Shown: positions 39,493 to 49,424 of the stretch, piece by piece
Position numbering within the stretch: position 1 is the stretch's first letter
Layout of the letters: each line of letters starts with the position of its first letter
Assembly: GCA_036679645.1 (NCBI GenBank)
Contig: JAZDCY010000028.1
Location: 1 to 64,000 of the forward strand
Source of the DNA: Gemmatimonadota bacterium
GTDB lineage: Bacteria > Gemmatimonadota > Gemmatimonadetes > Gemmatimonadales > GWC2-71-9
Direction: 5' to 3'
Length of the DNA: 64,000 nt
Translations under genes and position numbers: made by a program
The notes under the pieces: generated by a model
Database searches by the model: none
What the model was told of the DNA's origin: nothing
The model's input: the letters and a program-made list of their open reading frames with translations, nothing else

Positions 39493-42360
39493 CTAGAACG
39501 AGGCTCCCACCGAGAGATAGCCCCGCGACGAGCCCCGCTGGACCCCCAGGCCATCGACGAGCGGGAGACCGATACCACCGCGCAGCCGGACAGGGGTGTC
39601 GTACCCCGCAATGAGATCGAGCACGACCTCCGCGCCAACGTCACGAAACGTGGTGAGCCTGGCGCGCTCGCCGGCTCGCCATCCACCGCCCGCCTCTGCG
39701 AACAGGGCGAGCGACACGCGATCAAGTCCAATGGGCAGTTGCCACAGGCCACGTGCCACCAGCAGCACGGGCACGCGCAACTCGACAATCTGGGTCACCG
39801 CGCGGGTAAAGCGCTCGCGACTCACGGGATACCCCCGCAGGGGGAACGTTCGCCGTGAGCCGCCGACCCCCACGCCGGGGATCAACTCGAAGGTCTCGCT
39901 AGAAGCCCCGCCGAGCGCGAACGTCGTGATGACCCCACCGGTCGCGAGTGCCCCACGCACCCTGGCCGCCAGGACCCAGTGCGCGAACCCCGGCAGAGGC
40001 AGCGCGCGGAACCCTCTGAGACTGGCTCGCCACTCGTTACCGGTTTCGGGGCCGTCGAGCACCCACCGGCGGCGGTAGAGAACGCTCAGGGATGCCCCGT
40101 CCTCGAGAGACACTGCGAGCGGCGGCCGGCGCGCATGGCCGGCACTCGCGGTGACCACCAGGGCTACCACCGTCGGATTGCGAAACGTGAACCCCAACGG
40201 AGACGATCCGTCGTTTACCAGAACGTCTTGCTCGACCTCTCCCCCGACCCGAGCCGACGCGGATGAGCGCCATTGCCGCCAACGCCAGGACAGCCCCGTA
40301 CTTACAAAACGCTCGCGCAGCGCCAGCGGCACCGTGTCGCCAGCGGTCGTTTCCGCGAATCCCCCTGCTCTCCATGTCTGCGCGGCGCCGGCATCGATCG
40401 CGAACCGGCGCCAACGCGAGTAGCGGCTCGCCAGGCTCGCTTCCCACCGGCCCCGATTGGGAGCATGCGACACTGTAAGACCGTAGGAGATGCGACCTAT
40501 GGCATCACTTGCACCGGTCTGCGCGCCAAGGTAACGCCCGGCCCGCCCCTCACCGTGCGAGACGGGAATCCAGTACCGTGGCAGGAGCGCCGGCCAGGGA
40601 TTGTAGCCGCCCTGAGTCACGGCAACCTCCGGCGCGGGCACAACAGGGGTGGTCGTCGGTCCGGGGCGATGAAGAGCGGGCACTGCGTGTGTCGTTGACA
40701 CGACCACGACGGCGTACCCGTCGGCGAGCATGGTGGAGTACACGAGCGCCCCGGCATCGATCACCTGGGGCTCACGGGCCCCCGTCGGCACTCGCGTCAG
40801 TTGTTCGAGCGTGCCTTCGAGCGGATCGTAGCCGAAAACCTGCGGGACGCCGAGGCGCTCTGACGCGAACACCAACTGGCCATTGGGCGTCCAGGACGGA
40901 TCCTCATCACGCGGGGCGTCGTCCGTGACCAAGACCGTATCTGTCGGCGTCTCCGAGCGCCACAGAATGATGTCCCACCGTCCGCGCGCATGCCGCGCCG
41001 CCGCGACCCATCGCCCATCGGGCGACGCCGCGAGCCGTCCCCAGTCGTCGCCATGAGGCGCGGCGAGCGTGTCGACCTCCGACCCGGCTCGGAGCCGCAC
41101 GAGGGAGCTGGTGCCGCTCCCTGAGGCGACCAGCACCAGGCCGCCGTCCTCGAGCAGCGACGGGGTCTCGAGCCGCCCGCCCCACGTCACGCGCTGCCAC
41201 GTAACGCCGGGCACCCAGCGATACAGGTCACTGCGAATCTCGACCGGCGACGTGAAGCCGAGTTGCGTGACGTAGACCGTGTCACCACGCCACGCCAGGT
41301 CTACCGCGCCGTTGACCGAATGACGCGCCACCGCGCGGGCGGCTTTGAGATCGTATACCACCACCCGCGCGGTCTCGCGATCGCCCCGGTGCACGAATGC
41401 CAGCCGTTGGCGGTCCTCGGCCACGGCAATGCGCGGCGGGCTCCGCATGCCACGGGCAATGACCCGGTCGAACCCGTCTCCCTCCCCACTGCCTCCCCCT
41501 CCCCGCTCATCCGGGCGCCACCGGTCTCGGAGCTGGGTCCACGCATCCGCAAGTCCCGTGGCACCCGCGGCACGGAGCGGGCCGGACAGCGCGATTGGCC
41601 AGACCTGTCGAGACGAGCGATCGACGAAGCCGGGAACCGCCGTGTCGCCGTACGTTTCCGCGACGAGTTGGAAGAACCGCGATCCCCACGCGTAGGGGCC
41701 AAAGCCGGCGGGCCATATCGGGCTCGCGAACGTGATGGTGTTGGGTCCGGGCCACGCACGTGCCGCTCGCGCGGCCAGCAGTTGGCCGTGGAATCCACCG
41801 CGCAGTCGTCCCGCGGTCGTGAACCGCGACTCGTAGTAGGTAGCGAGCCCCTCAGTCACCCATGAGGGTTGATACGCGTTGGGAAAGAGCGCGGGATTGC
41901 GTCCGAACACGTAACGCGCCAGCCGCCACACGCCGTCCGCCCGATTCAGATGGAAAACGTGTGTCAGTTCGTGCACGGTGACCATGCGGAGCCAGTCGTC
42001 GTACACGCCGAGCGAAATGTCCGTTGACGGCGCCGCGAGAAAGAGCGCGATCCGGTTGCTGGGAAAAACTCGCGTGAACCCGTTGGAGGCATCGACGTTG
42101 TCGAAGAGCGCGATGTCGGTGCGGTGACCCGGCGGGCGCAACTCGCGGGAAAGGAGCACGTATGCGCGTTCGGCTTCGCGAATCGTCCGCGTTGCGAATG
42201 ACGCGAGTTCGCGACGCGCGTGCACGCGGAAATGTTCCGAGGTCCACGTTTGCCACGCACCCGACGGGTCCTGTTGGGCGCGCCCCGCTCCCGGACACAA
42301 CGCCAAGGCCAGCCCTATCCCGAGGACGGCACTCCACATTGGGCGGATGTGCATCGTCAC
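39493..42360 (-). CDS. outer-membrane protein: HExxH peptidase-like domain, TolB-like propeller, Omp85-like barrel
   Basis: Signal peptide; VHELTH..WVTEGLA; SPDG/PSWTPNG repeats; LRGY motif; ends YLSVGASF. Confidence 0.75.
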   Translation of the reverse strand: MTMHIRPMWSAVLGIGLALALCPGAGRAQQDPSGAWQTWTSEHFRVHARRELASFATRTIREAERAYVLLSRELRPPGHRTDIALFDNVDASNGFTRVFPSNRIALFLAAPSTDISLGVYDDWLRMVTVHELTHVFHLNRADGVWRLARYVFGRNPALFPNAYQPSWVTEGLATYYESRFTTAGRLRGGFHGQLLAARAARAWPGPNTITFASPIWPAGFGPYAWGSRFFQLVAETYGDTAVPGFVDRSSRQVWPIALSGPLRAAGATGLADAWTQLRDRWRPDERGGGGSGEGDGFDRVIARGMRSPPRIAVAEDRQRLAFVHRGDRETARVVVYDLKAARAVARHSVNGAVDLAWRGDTVYVTQLGFTSPVEIRSDLYRWVPGVTWQRVTWGGRLETPSLLEDGGLVLVASGSGTSSLVRLRAGSEVDTLAAPHGDDWGRLAASPDGRWVAAARHARGRWDIILWRSETPTDTVLVTDDAPRDEDPSWTPNGQLVFASERLGVPQVFGYDPLEGTLEQLTRVPTGAREPQVIDAGALVYSTMLADGYAVVVVSTTHAVPALHRPGPTTTPVVPAPEVAVTQGGYNPWPALLPRYWIPVSHGEGRAGRYLGAQTGASDAIGRISYGLTVSHAPNRGRWEASLASRYSRWRRFAIDAGAAQTWRAGGFAETTAGDTVPLALRERFVSTGLSWRWRQWRSSASARVGGEVEQDVLVNDGSSPLGFTFRNPTVVALVVTASAGHARRPPLAVSLEDGASLSVLYRRRWVLDGPETGNEWRASLRGFRALPLPGFAHWVLAARVRGALATGGVITTFALGGASSETFELIPGVGVGGSRRTFPLRGYPVSRERFTRAVTQIVELRVPVLLVARGLWQLPIGLDRVSLALFAEAGGGWRAGERARLTTFRDVGAEVVLDLIAGYDTPVRLRGGIGLPLVDGLGVQRGSSRGYLSVGASF

Positions 42361-44223
42361 CGACCGCGGGCGCGCTCCCGCAGAAACGCTGCTATCCCCT
42401 CGACCAGACCACGCGCGTAGCGTTCCTGCCCCGCTGGGCTGGCGAGCATCGCCTCCTGCTCCGGCACCATCATGAAGAGCCCCTCGGTGAGCACCGCGGG
42501 CATCCACGTCGGTCGAGCGAGTGCCAGGTCGCCGCGTCCGATACCGAGATCCCGGGCACCAAACTGCCGCACTAGTGCACGGTCGATCGCACGTGCCAGG
42601 GGAGCGCTGCGCGGATGGAAGTAGTAGACGCTGGTACCGCTGTTCACGAAGGGATTCACGCCATCGGGCAGTGCGTTGGCATGAATCGAGACGAGCAGAT
42701 CCGCATTGGCGGCTTCGGCACGGGCGGGCCGCTCAGAGAGCCCGACCGGGAGCGTATCTTCTCGCAGCAGGACCACGCGGGCACCACGTGCTTCCAGCAT
42801 GGCCCTCGCGCGTCGCGCAACCGCGAGCACGACATCGCCTTCGTACTGCCGCGTCGGTCCGGTCGCACCTCCTGGCGGGTGCCCGGGATCGAGCGCAATC
42901 AGGAGTCCCGTGAGCGGAGCCTCCTCGTCGAGCGGCGGGGGTCGGCGGATCTCGAACAGCAGATCGTTGCCGTCGCGCCGCGTGCGGTATCCCCACACGG
43001 ACTGCGCGAGATCGACGGTAATCACCGTCTCGTCTTCGGCAGAAGCGTGGAAGGCAATCAGCCGGACGAACGGATCGGTCCCCCCATACTGGATCCAATC
43101 GGCGTTGGCGGAGACACCATAGACCGTGAGGGCGAGCTGTCGATCCCGCTCGTCGATGCGAAACGGCACCGGACCCGGCAACGGGACCCGAAGCGTCACC
43201 GACCGGTCGCCTGGGTACAGGCGCATTGACTGGGTCGTCCCCCGCACCGGCGGAGTACCCGGACGTAGAGGCTGGACATCGGTGGCATTCACCCAGGCAA
43301 CCGAAGCCCGTGAGAGTTGGAGCCGGACTTGGCCGTTCCAACGGCCGCTAACCGGAACGACGGTACCGTTGGGAAAAAACCAGTGATAGGTCGCGTACGG
43401 TGCGGGGCGTCCGGCCACGATTCCATCGGTCTGCCCGGTCGCCGCGGTATCGTCGTTGACAACGGCCATGGGCGGCGGGTGCGTGTCGACGGTTCCGAGG
43501 CGGAGCGGCCAGCGGGAGGACGTGTCCCGGATCGGGACCCAGCGGGCCGCTCCACCAGGCAACATACCGATCAGCCTGGCGCGGTTCCGGCGATGGTTGA
43601 CCTGTGCCAAAAGCGCGTTCCCCCCACGAGACGCTTTCGGCTACACGCTCCGGGAGAAATGCGACATGCCTGCCATCGGTCAAAGTCAACGTCACGCGCG
43701 CGCCGGGCGTCGCGCGCACCACGAGGCGAACACCCTCGTCGGGCCGCACCCAGCGGTCGCCCGTGGGCAGAAATGACGTCGTGTCGATCCAGGCTCCACT
43801 ATCGGGCGGGACGAACGAACGCGGTAGCGACGCGAGGAACTCGTAGCGGACATCTGTACCGGCGGCTGACGCGACGATCTCGAACGCCGCAACGGTGTCC
43901 TCCGGCAGGGGGACCCAGGCCAACCACGCCCCGTTGGGAAAGACGGGTACCGCGAAACCGTTTATCGCAAGAGTGGCATCGCCTCTGCCAAGTGAGCCGA
44001 AGAGAAACGTGGAGTCGCGGGCGGTGACTGGAGCCACGGTGCGCGGGACCGGCGTCGTGTCGACGACGGGGGGGTACACGAGGTCGATGCGGAGCGGGCC
44101 GGTCGTATCAGCCGGCGGCGCCGGCAGCGGGTCCAGCGAACGCCCTGAACCAGCCGTGGCGCAGCCGGACGCGAAGGCAGCGCCCAGAACGGTCCCAATC
44201 ACCAGCCTCCGCGCATCGTGCAT
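42357..44223 (-). pseudogene. N-acetylmuramoyl-L-alanine amidase (Amidase_3) lipoprotein, frameshifted near 43515
   Basis: ORF from 44223 has a lipobox (FASG-C); the overlapping ORF ending at 42357 has LDPGH, SIHAN and PAVLTE but no signal peptide. Confidence 0.8.
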
Positions 44224-44349
44224 GGGCGGCGGAAGCTACACTGTTTCAACAACCTACGTCAATTTCAGGACTGGTTGACCCGCCATTTTACGGGGTGTAG
44301 ATTGGGCGGCGTCTTTCCTTTTCCAGATTTAGAGGGAGTTGCTTCCCGC

Positions 44350-45189
44350 GTGACACAATGCGATCACTGCGGCCGCGATAACGACGATGCTTCCACGTAC
44401 TGTTCGGATTGCGGCCGTCCGATGAAGGGCCCCGACGGTGTGACCGGACCGGCACGCGCAGTGGCTGCCCCAGATGATCGTGGTAGCGGCAGCATGTGCC
44501 CGCAGTGCGGGCAGCCGCTGGCACACCGCCGGTCGCGTCCCCTGACCAGTCCCGTCTCGCTCATTCTGCTCGACGACTCCGGTGAGGAGAGTGGCAGACA
44601 CGTCCTCAAGCGCGAGGAGACCTCGATCGGTCGAGTCGACGCCGACATCGTGATCGATGATCCCTTCATGTCGCCCGTGCACGCCCAGATCAGCGTTCAT
44701 GGGGACGACATCCATATTCGCGACCTTGGGAGTCGCAACGGGACGTGGATGTTCATGGAGGACCCCTACCGGCTTCAGGACGGCGATCTCATCCTGATGG
44801 GTTCGCAGGTAATACAGTTCCGACGCCTCGGGTATCCCGGACCACAACCGCCGGAACAAGACCAGACGCGTCGACTCGGGAGCCTGGTTCCGGGCGCGGA
44901 CATTGCAAAGGTCACGCAGTTGCGCAGTGACGGGAGCGCCCGTGACGTGATGCACCTGTCGCCCGGTCGACCGGTCGTGGTGGGGCGCGAGGGCGGCGAC
45001 TGGGTGTTCCCGTATGATCCCTCAATGAGCTCCGGTCACGCGGAGATCCGATCGGAAGATGCCGACTTCGTCATCGTGGACCGGGGGAGCCGCAACGGCG
45101 TGGCGATCGCTGTGCGGGGGGAGGTACGCCTTCCCCCGGGGACGCGCATTCTGGCGGGCGACCGCGTAATGCGTGTGGAAAAGTCGTGA
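44350..45189 (+). CDS. zinc-ribbon plus double FHA domain protein
   Basis: Three CxxC; two FHA cores (IGR..MSPVHA..DLGSRNGT and VGR..MSSGHA..DRGSRNG); AGGGAG RBS. Confidence 0.88.
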   Translation: MTQCDHCGRDNDDASTYCSDCGRPMKGPDGVTGPARAVAAPDDRGSGSMCPQCGQPLAHRRSRPLTSPVSLILLDDSGEESGRHVLKREETSIGRVDADIVIDDPFMSPVHAQISVHGDDIHIRDLGSRNGTWMFMEDPYRLQDGDLILMGSQVIQFRRLGYPGPQPPEQDQTRRLGSLVPGADIAKVTQLRSDGSARDVMHLSPGRPVVVGREGGDWVFPYDPSMSSGHAEIRSEDADFVIVDRGSRNGVAIAVRGEVRLPPGTRILAGDRVMRVEKS

Positions 45190-46907
45190 AGGTCTGCACG
45201 ACGTGTGGCACCGAGTACCCGGATGACCAGAAGTTCTGTCCGAACGACGGGTCGTCGCTCCGGTCGACCTCCGAAGGTAGCCTGATCGATTCGGTCATCG
45301 CCGACCGGTACCATATCACGTCGAAACTGGGCGAGGGTGGGATGGGGGCGGTGTATCTCGGCGAGCATGTAAAGATGGGTCGCAAGAGCGCCATCAAGGT
45401 GATGTCCCAGTCGATGGCCAACGACGCCGATGCGATTGCCCGATTCAACCGAGAGGCCGCCAACGCGGCGCGGATCAATCACCCCAACGTCTGCGCAATC
45501 TACGATTTCGGTGAGACGGACGATGGCGTGATCTATCTCGCCATGGAGTTCATCGAGGGCGAGGTGCTCACCGACCTGATTCAGCGCGAAGGGGCGCTCG
45601 ACCCGGCGCGGGCGGTGGCGATCCTGAAGCAGACGGCCGACGCCCTACAGGCGGCGCATGACCTCGGGATCGTGCACCGAGATCTCAAGCCCGACAACAT
45701 CATGATCGGCACCGGTCGGGACGGGAGCGATGTCGTCAAGGTGGTCGATTTCGGTATTGCCAAAGCGATGGGAGGGGAAGAGGGTCAGAACGTCACCAAG
45801 ACGGGCCTGGTCGTCGGGACACCGGAATACATGAGCCCGGAGCAGCTCTCCGGTGACGTGCTGGACGGCCGCAGCGACACCTACTCGCTCGCGCTCGTGT
45901 TCTTTCGCATGCTGACTGGTGTTTTGCCGTTCCAGGCCGACAGCGCGCAGGAGACCATGATCAAGCGGCTCACGGACGACCCGTTGCGGCTGAACGACGC
46001 ACGGCACGGTGCCACCTATCCGGAGGCACTGCAGGACGTGATGGACCGCGCACTGGCCCGGATGCCCTCGGAGCGGTACCCCGACGCAGCCGGTTTCGCC
46101 GACGACGCGGCAGCGGCCATTGAAGGCATGCCGGCGGGGGCACCGCCCGTCGAGACCGAAGGCGCCACGCAACTCATGGATTCGGCCGAGGTCCTCGCGA
46201 GCTCGGACGAGGCGACTGCCGAGCTGGCGACCACGCGCGTCGCGGGTGAGGCCATCACGGCGCCGACCCCGGCACCGGAACCGGCCACTCCCACCACTCC
46301 AAAGCCGCAGCCTTCCCCAATCGAGCCCCAGAAGAAGCGCTTCCCGGTCGGAGCTGTCGCCGCGGCTGCTATCGTTATCGTGGGGGTGGGCGTCGGCACC
46401 GTCGTGATGCGTGGAGGCAACGGGGGTGGCGACGGCCTCGATAGCGCCGGGCGTGTGATGGGCGACACCGCGCAGGTGATGGCCCAGGCGGAAACTTCAA
46501 CGGTTCGGCAGGGCGGTGGCGAGAATCCCCGGACACGCGACACGGCGACGAGCCGGGACACCTTGCCAGGACCGGGTCCAATCGAGCCAGAGTCGACTGT
46601 GGTCACGCCCCCGGCCCGTATCCAGGTCAGCGCCGCAGACGCTGGCAGCTGGCTCTTCGACCGCATTGTCGATGAGGGCGTCAATGCCGAGAACGCGACC
46701 GGCACGCGGGATACTGCGGAGGCATACTACGATCTCGCAGCGGTTGATCAGGCCGACCGGGCCCTCGCCGCATTCGGGGTCGCGCAGGCGTGGAACTTCC
46801 TAGGGGATACCGACCAGGCGTTACGGTGGGGGCGAATCGCAGTGAATCTCGACGGAACCGAGCGCGCGTACCGGAGCTTCGTCGCAACCTTGCGTGGGCA
46901 ACAGTGA
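45186..46907 (+). CDS. membrane Ser/Thr (Hanks) kinase with N-terminal zinc ribbon
   Basis: LGEGGMG, AIK, HRDLKPDN, DFG, YMSPE; TM; helical TPR-like C-terminus. Confidence 0.93.
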   Translation: MKVCTTCGTEYPDDQKFCPNDGSSLRSTSEGSLIDSVIADRYHITSKLGEGGMGAVYLGEHVKMGRKSAIKVMSQSMANDADAIARFNREAANAARINHPNVCAIYDFGETDDGVIYLAMEFIEGEVLTDLIQREGALDPARAVAILKQTADALQAAHDLGIVHRDLKPDNIMIGTGRDGSDVVKVVDFGIAKAMGGEEGQNVTKTGLVVGTPEYMSPEQLSGDVLDGRSDTYSLALVFFRMLTGVLPFQADSAQETMIKRLTDDPLRLNDARHGATYPEALQDVMDRALARMPSERYPDAAGFADDAAAAIEGMPAGAPPVETEGATQLMDSAEVLASSDEATAELATTRVAGEAITAPTPAPEPATPTTPKPQPSPIEPQKKRFPVGAVAAAAIVIVGVGVGTVVMRGGNGGGDGLDSAGRVMGDTAQVMAQAETSTVRQGGGENPRTRDTATSRDTLPGPGPIEPESTVVTPPARIQVSAADAGSWLFDRIVDEGVNAENATGTRDTAEAYYDLAAVDQADRALAAFGVAQAWNFLGDTDQALRWGRIAVNLDGTERAYRSFVATLRGQQ

Positions 46908-47926
46908 GTTTCTTTCGGTCAAAGAAGCCTTCGGTTCTCGTGACGGTCTTTGGCAAGACCGATGTCGGGAAAACGCGCGATCACAACGAGGACTGCTTCC
47001 TCGTCGCGAACCTGTCCACCAAGGACGCGTCGCTGCAGCCCGAGGTGCGCGAGCACGAGGTCGGCAAGAAGGGCTCGCTCCTCATGGTCGCGGACGGCAT
47101 GGGCGGAGCTGCAGCAGGCGAGGTGGCCAGCCAGATTTCGACCGACACGGTTTACAAGCACCTCGCCTCCACCTGGTGTGAGGACGGCGAGAACACCCCG
47201 CAACAGTTCGCGTTCCGCTTGAAGGAAGCTGTGGAGAACGCAAACAAGAATATTCACGAGTATGCCAAAGAACACGCGGAACTGCGCGGGATGGGTACGA
47301 CGACGACCGCCGTCGGGCTGCTCTCCGACCAGCTCTTTCTGACACAGGTCGGCGACTCCCGCGCCTACCTCGTCCGGGCAGGCGAGGCGGTTCAGCTAAC
47401 CAAGGACCAGTCGCTCATGCAGCGACTCGTGGATGCCGGCGAGCTCACGGAGGAGGAGGCCGAAAAAAGCGAGCGGCGCAACATCATCCTGCAGGCGCTC
47501 GGTCCCGAGCCCAAGGTGCGGGTCGATCTGACTCACCAGCAGGTGCGCAAGGGCGACGCGATCGTGATCTGCTCGGACGGACTCTCCGGTCAGGTGCGGC
47601 GGGAGGAGATCGGGCAGGTGGTCTCGCAGGACAAAGATCTCGTCGATGTCTGCACCGAGTTGATCGACCTGGCAAACGAGCGGGGCGGGCCGGACAACAT
47701 CACTGTGGTCGTCGCCCGGGTGTCGGGAGACGGCCTGCAGGACGTGGCGCAAGAGGATGCCGTAGGGCATCAGATCTACCCGTTGCTAGATAGCGAGTCC
47801 ACGACGGAGCCTGTACCGGTCTACACCGGCAGTCCACCGCCGGAACCGAAGGGAGCGGCGCGGGCGCTAATGGCGTCCGCCGCGCTGGTCGTGTTCCTCG
47901 CCGCCACGATCTACATCCTCACCTAG
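46904..47926 (+). CDS. PP2C-type Ser/Thr phosphatase (Stp1/IreP family) with C-terminal TM
   Basis: RDHNED, VADGMGG, GMGTT, VGDSRAY, CSDGL and GGPDNIT; GTGA overlap with the kinase. Confidence 0.93.
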   Translation: MSFFRSKKPSVLVTVFGKTDVGKTRDHNEDCFLVANLSTKDASLQPEVREHEVGKKGSLLMVADGMGGAAAGEVASQISTDTVYKHLASTWCEDGENTPQQFAFRLKEAVENANKNIHEYAKEHAELRGMGTTTTAVGLLSDQLFLTQVGDSRAYLVRAGEAVQLTKDQSLMQRLVDAGELTEEEAEKSERRNIILQALGPEPKVRVDLTHQQVRKGDAIVICSDGLSGQVRREEIGQVVSQDKDLVDVCTELIDLANERGGPDNITVVVARVSGDGLQDVAQEDAVGHQIYPLLDSESTTEPVPVYTGSPPPEPKGAARALMASAALVVFLAATIYILT

Positions 47927-47943
47927 CCCACCACCCGTTCGCC

Positions 47944-49377
47944 GTGAAACTCCAGATCAAGGTCCTGAGCGGCGCCCGATCGGGTATCACAGCGGTGTTC
48001 TCCGCCTCCGGTATCACCGTCGGTCGGCATCACGAATCGACACTGTCGTTTGACGCGGAGCAGGATCTCGACGTCTCGGGCCGGCACGCGGTCTTCGTCC
48101 GGGAAGAAGGCCGCTGGCTGGTGCGTGACCTGGGAAGCCGCAATGGTACGATCGTAAACGGGCACCGCATCACGCGCGATACGAAGCTCGACGATACCGA
48201 CCAGATCCGGTTCGGTGAGGACGGGCCGCGGGTCGAGATTCGCCTCGTGAATGAGTCGACACCCGACAAAGCCCCCGAACCCGCGGCAGCCCCGGCCAGA
48301 CGGGCACCGCGACCCACCGGCGCGGCGCCGCCGCGCGAGAGCGTGGAGCCCCAGCGTCGGTCCAGCACGACGCAGCGCATTCGCATCGAGGTCGGGCGCC
48401 AGACGCGTAGGCTGCGCGCGATGACGCGTGTCCTCTTCGTCGTTCTGCTGGCGGTCGCGGCAATCTACTTTGTAGACAACCGGCGACAGCTACGGCAGCG
48501 CGAGCGGGATGTCGCCGCCATGCAGGCGCGCATCGACTCGATCCTGGACGCGTCGCAGCGGGCCGTCGCGATGCTGCGCGGCCAGGTGGAAGGGCTCGAG
48601 AACGCGCTGCTGCGATCACAGACCGACGTCCAACGGCTGCAACGCAATCTCGCGGTAGCGGAAGCCGCCGGAAACGACGAAGAGGTCGAGGCACTGCGCC
48701 AGGAACTGGCTACCGCCACCGCCGCCTTTCGCAGCCAGCAGCTCGCCGCTCAGGTGGACTACACATCCATCAACGAGGCCAATCAGTTCGCGGTGGCGAT
48801 GATCTGGGCCGACCTCGGCAACGGGATCAGAAACGGCACGGCGTTCGCCGTGACGGCCGACGGCGTGCTCATCACCAACAAGCACGTGGTCGCGGGCGAC
48901 GACGGGTCACTCCGGCCGCGCCGGCTCGCGGTCCAGTTCACCAACTCCGCGCAGGTGTTCCGCGCCGATCTCATTGCGCTGTCGGATAACATCGACATTG
49001 CGGTCGTCCAGGTGCGACGTCTCCGGGGACAGATACCGACCATACAGGGCTTCGCCGATCCAGACGCATCTATCGGGGTCGGCGAACCGGTGGCCGTGAT
49101 CGGTTTTCCGTTGGGCGATGACCTGCCAATGCGATCGGGATCCGAGGCGGACATCATCCGCACGACCTTCACCGCCGGCACGGTCAGCAAGGTACTTCCG
49201 GACCTGCTGCAGATAGACGGGTACGGGGCCCCGGGCGCGAGTGGGAGCCCCATCTTCAACAGCGATGGCGATCTGGTTGGTGTGCTGTATGCCGGCCAGG
49301 AAGGCACCAACGGGCGAGTGGTCTACAGTGTGCCGGCGGCGTTCGTGCAGGATCTGTTGAGGCAGATAGGCAGATAG
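47944..49377 (+). CDS. FHA-TM-coiled coil-trypsin-like serine protease
   Basis: FHA (VGR..VSGRHA..DLGSRNGT), TM, coiled coil, triad motifs TNKHV / DIAV / GASGSP. Confidence 0.88.
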   Translation: MKLQIKVLSGARSGITAVFSASGITVGRHHESTLSFDAEQDLDVSGRHAVFVREEGRWLVRDLGSRNGTIVNGHRITRDTKLDDTDQIRFGEDGPRVEIRLVNESTPDKAPEPAAAPARRAPRPTGAAPPRESVEPQRRSSTTQRIRIEVGRQTRRLRAMTRVLFVVLLAVAAIYFVDNRRQLRQRERDVAAMQARIDSILDASQRAVAMLRGQVEGLENALLRSQTDVQRLQRNLAVAEAAGNDEEVEALRQELATATAAFRSQQLAAQVDYTSINEANQFAVAMIWADLGNGIRNGTAFAVTADGVLITNKHVVAGDDGSLRPRRLAVQFTNSAQVFRADLIALSDNIDIAVVQVRRLRGQIPTIQGFADPDASIGVGEPVAVIGFPLGDDLPMRSGSEADIIRTTFTAGTVSKVLPDLLQIDGYGAPGASGSPIFNSDGDLVGVLYAGQEGTNGRVVYSVPAAFVQDLLRQIGR

Positions 49378-49424
49378 AGAAAGACAGATAGACGCACAGA
49401 CGCTCAGACGCGAGACCCTCAGAC
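49361..49424 (+). repeat. degenerate ~8-bp tandem repeat between convergent genes
   Basis: ggcagata ggcagata..cagataga cgcacaga cgctcaga cgcgaga ccctcaga. Confidence 0.65.
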
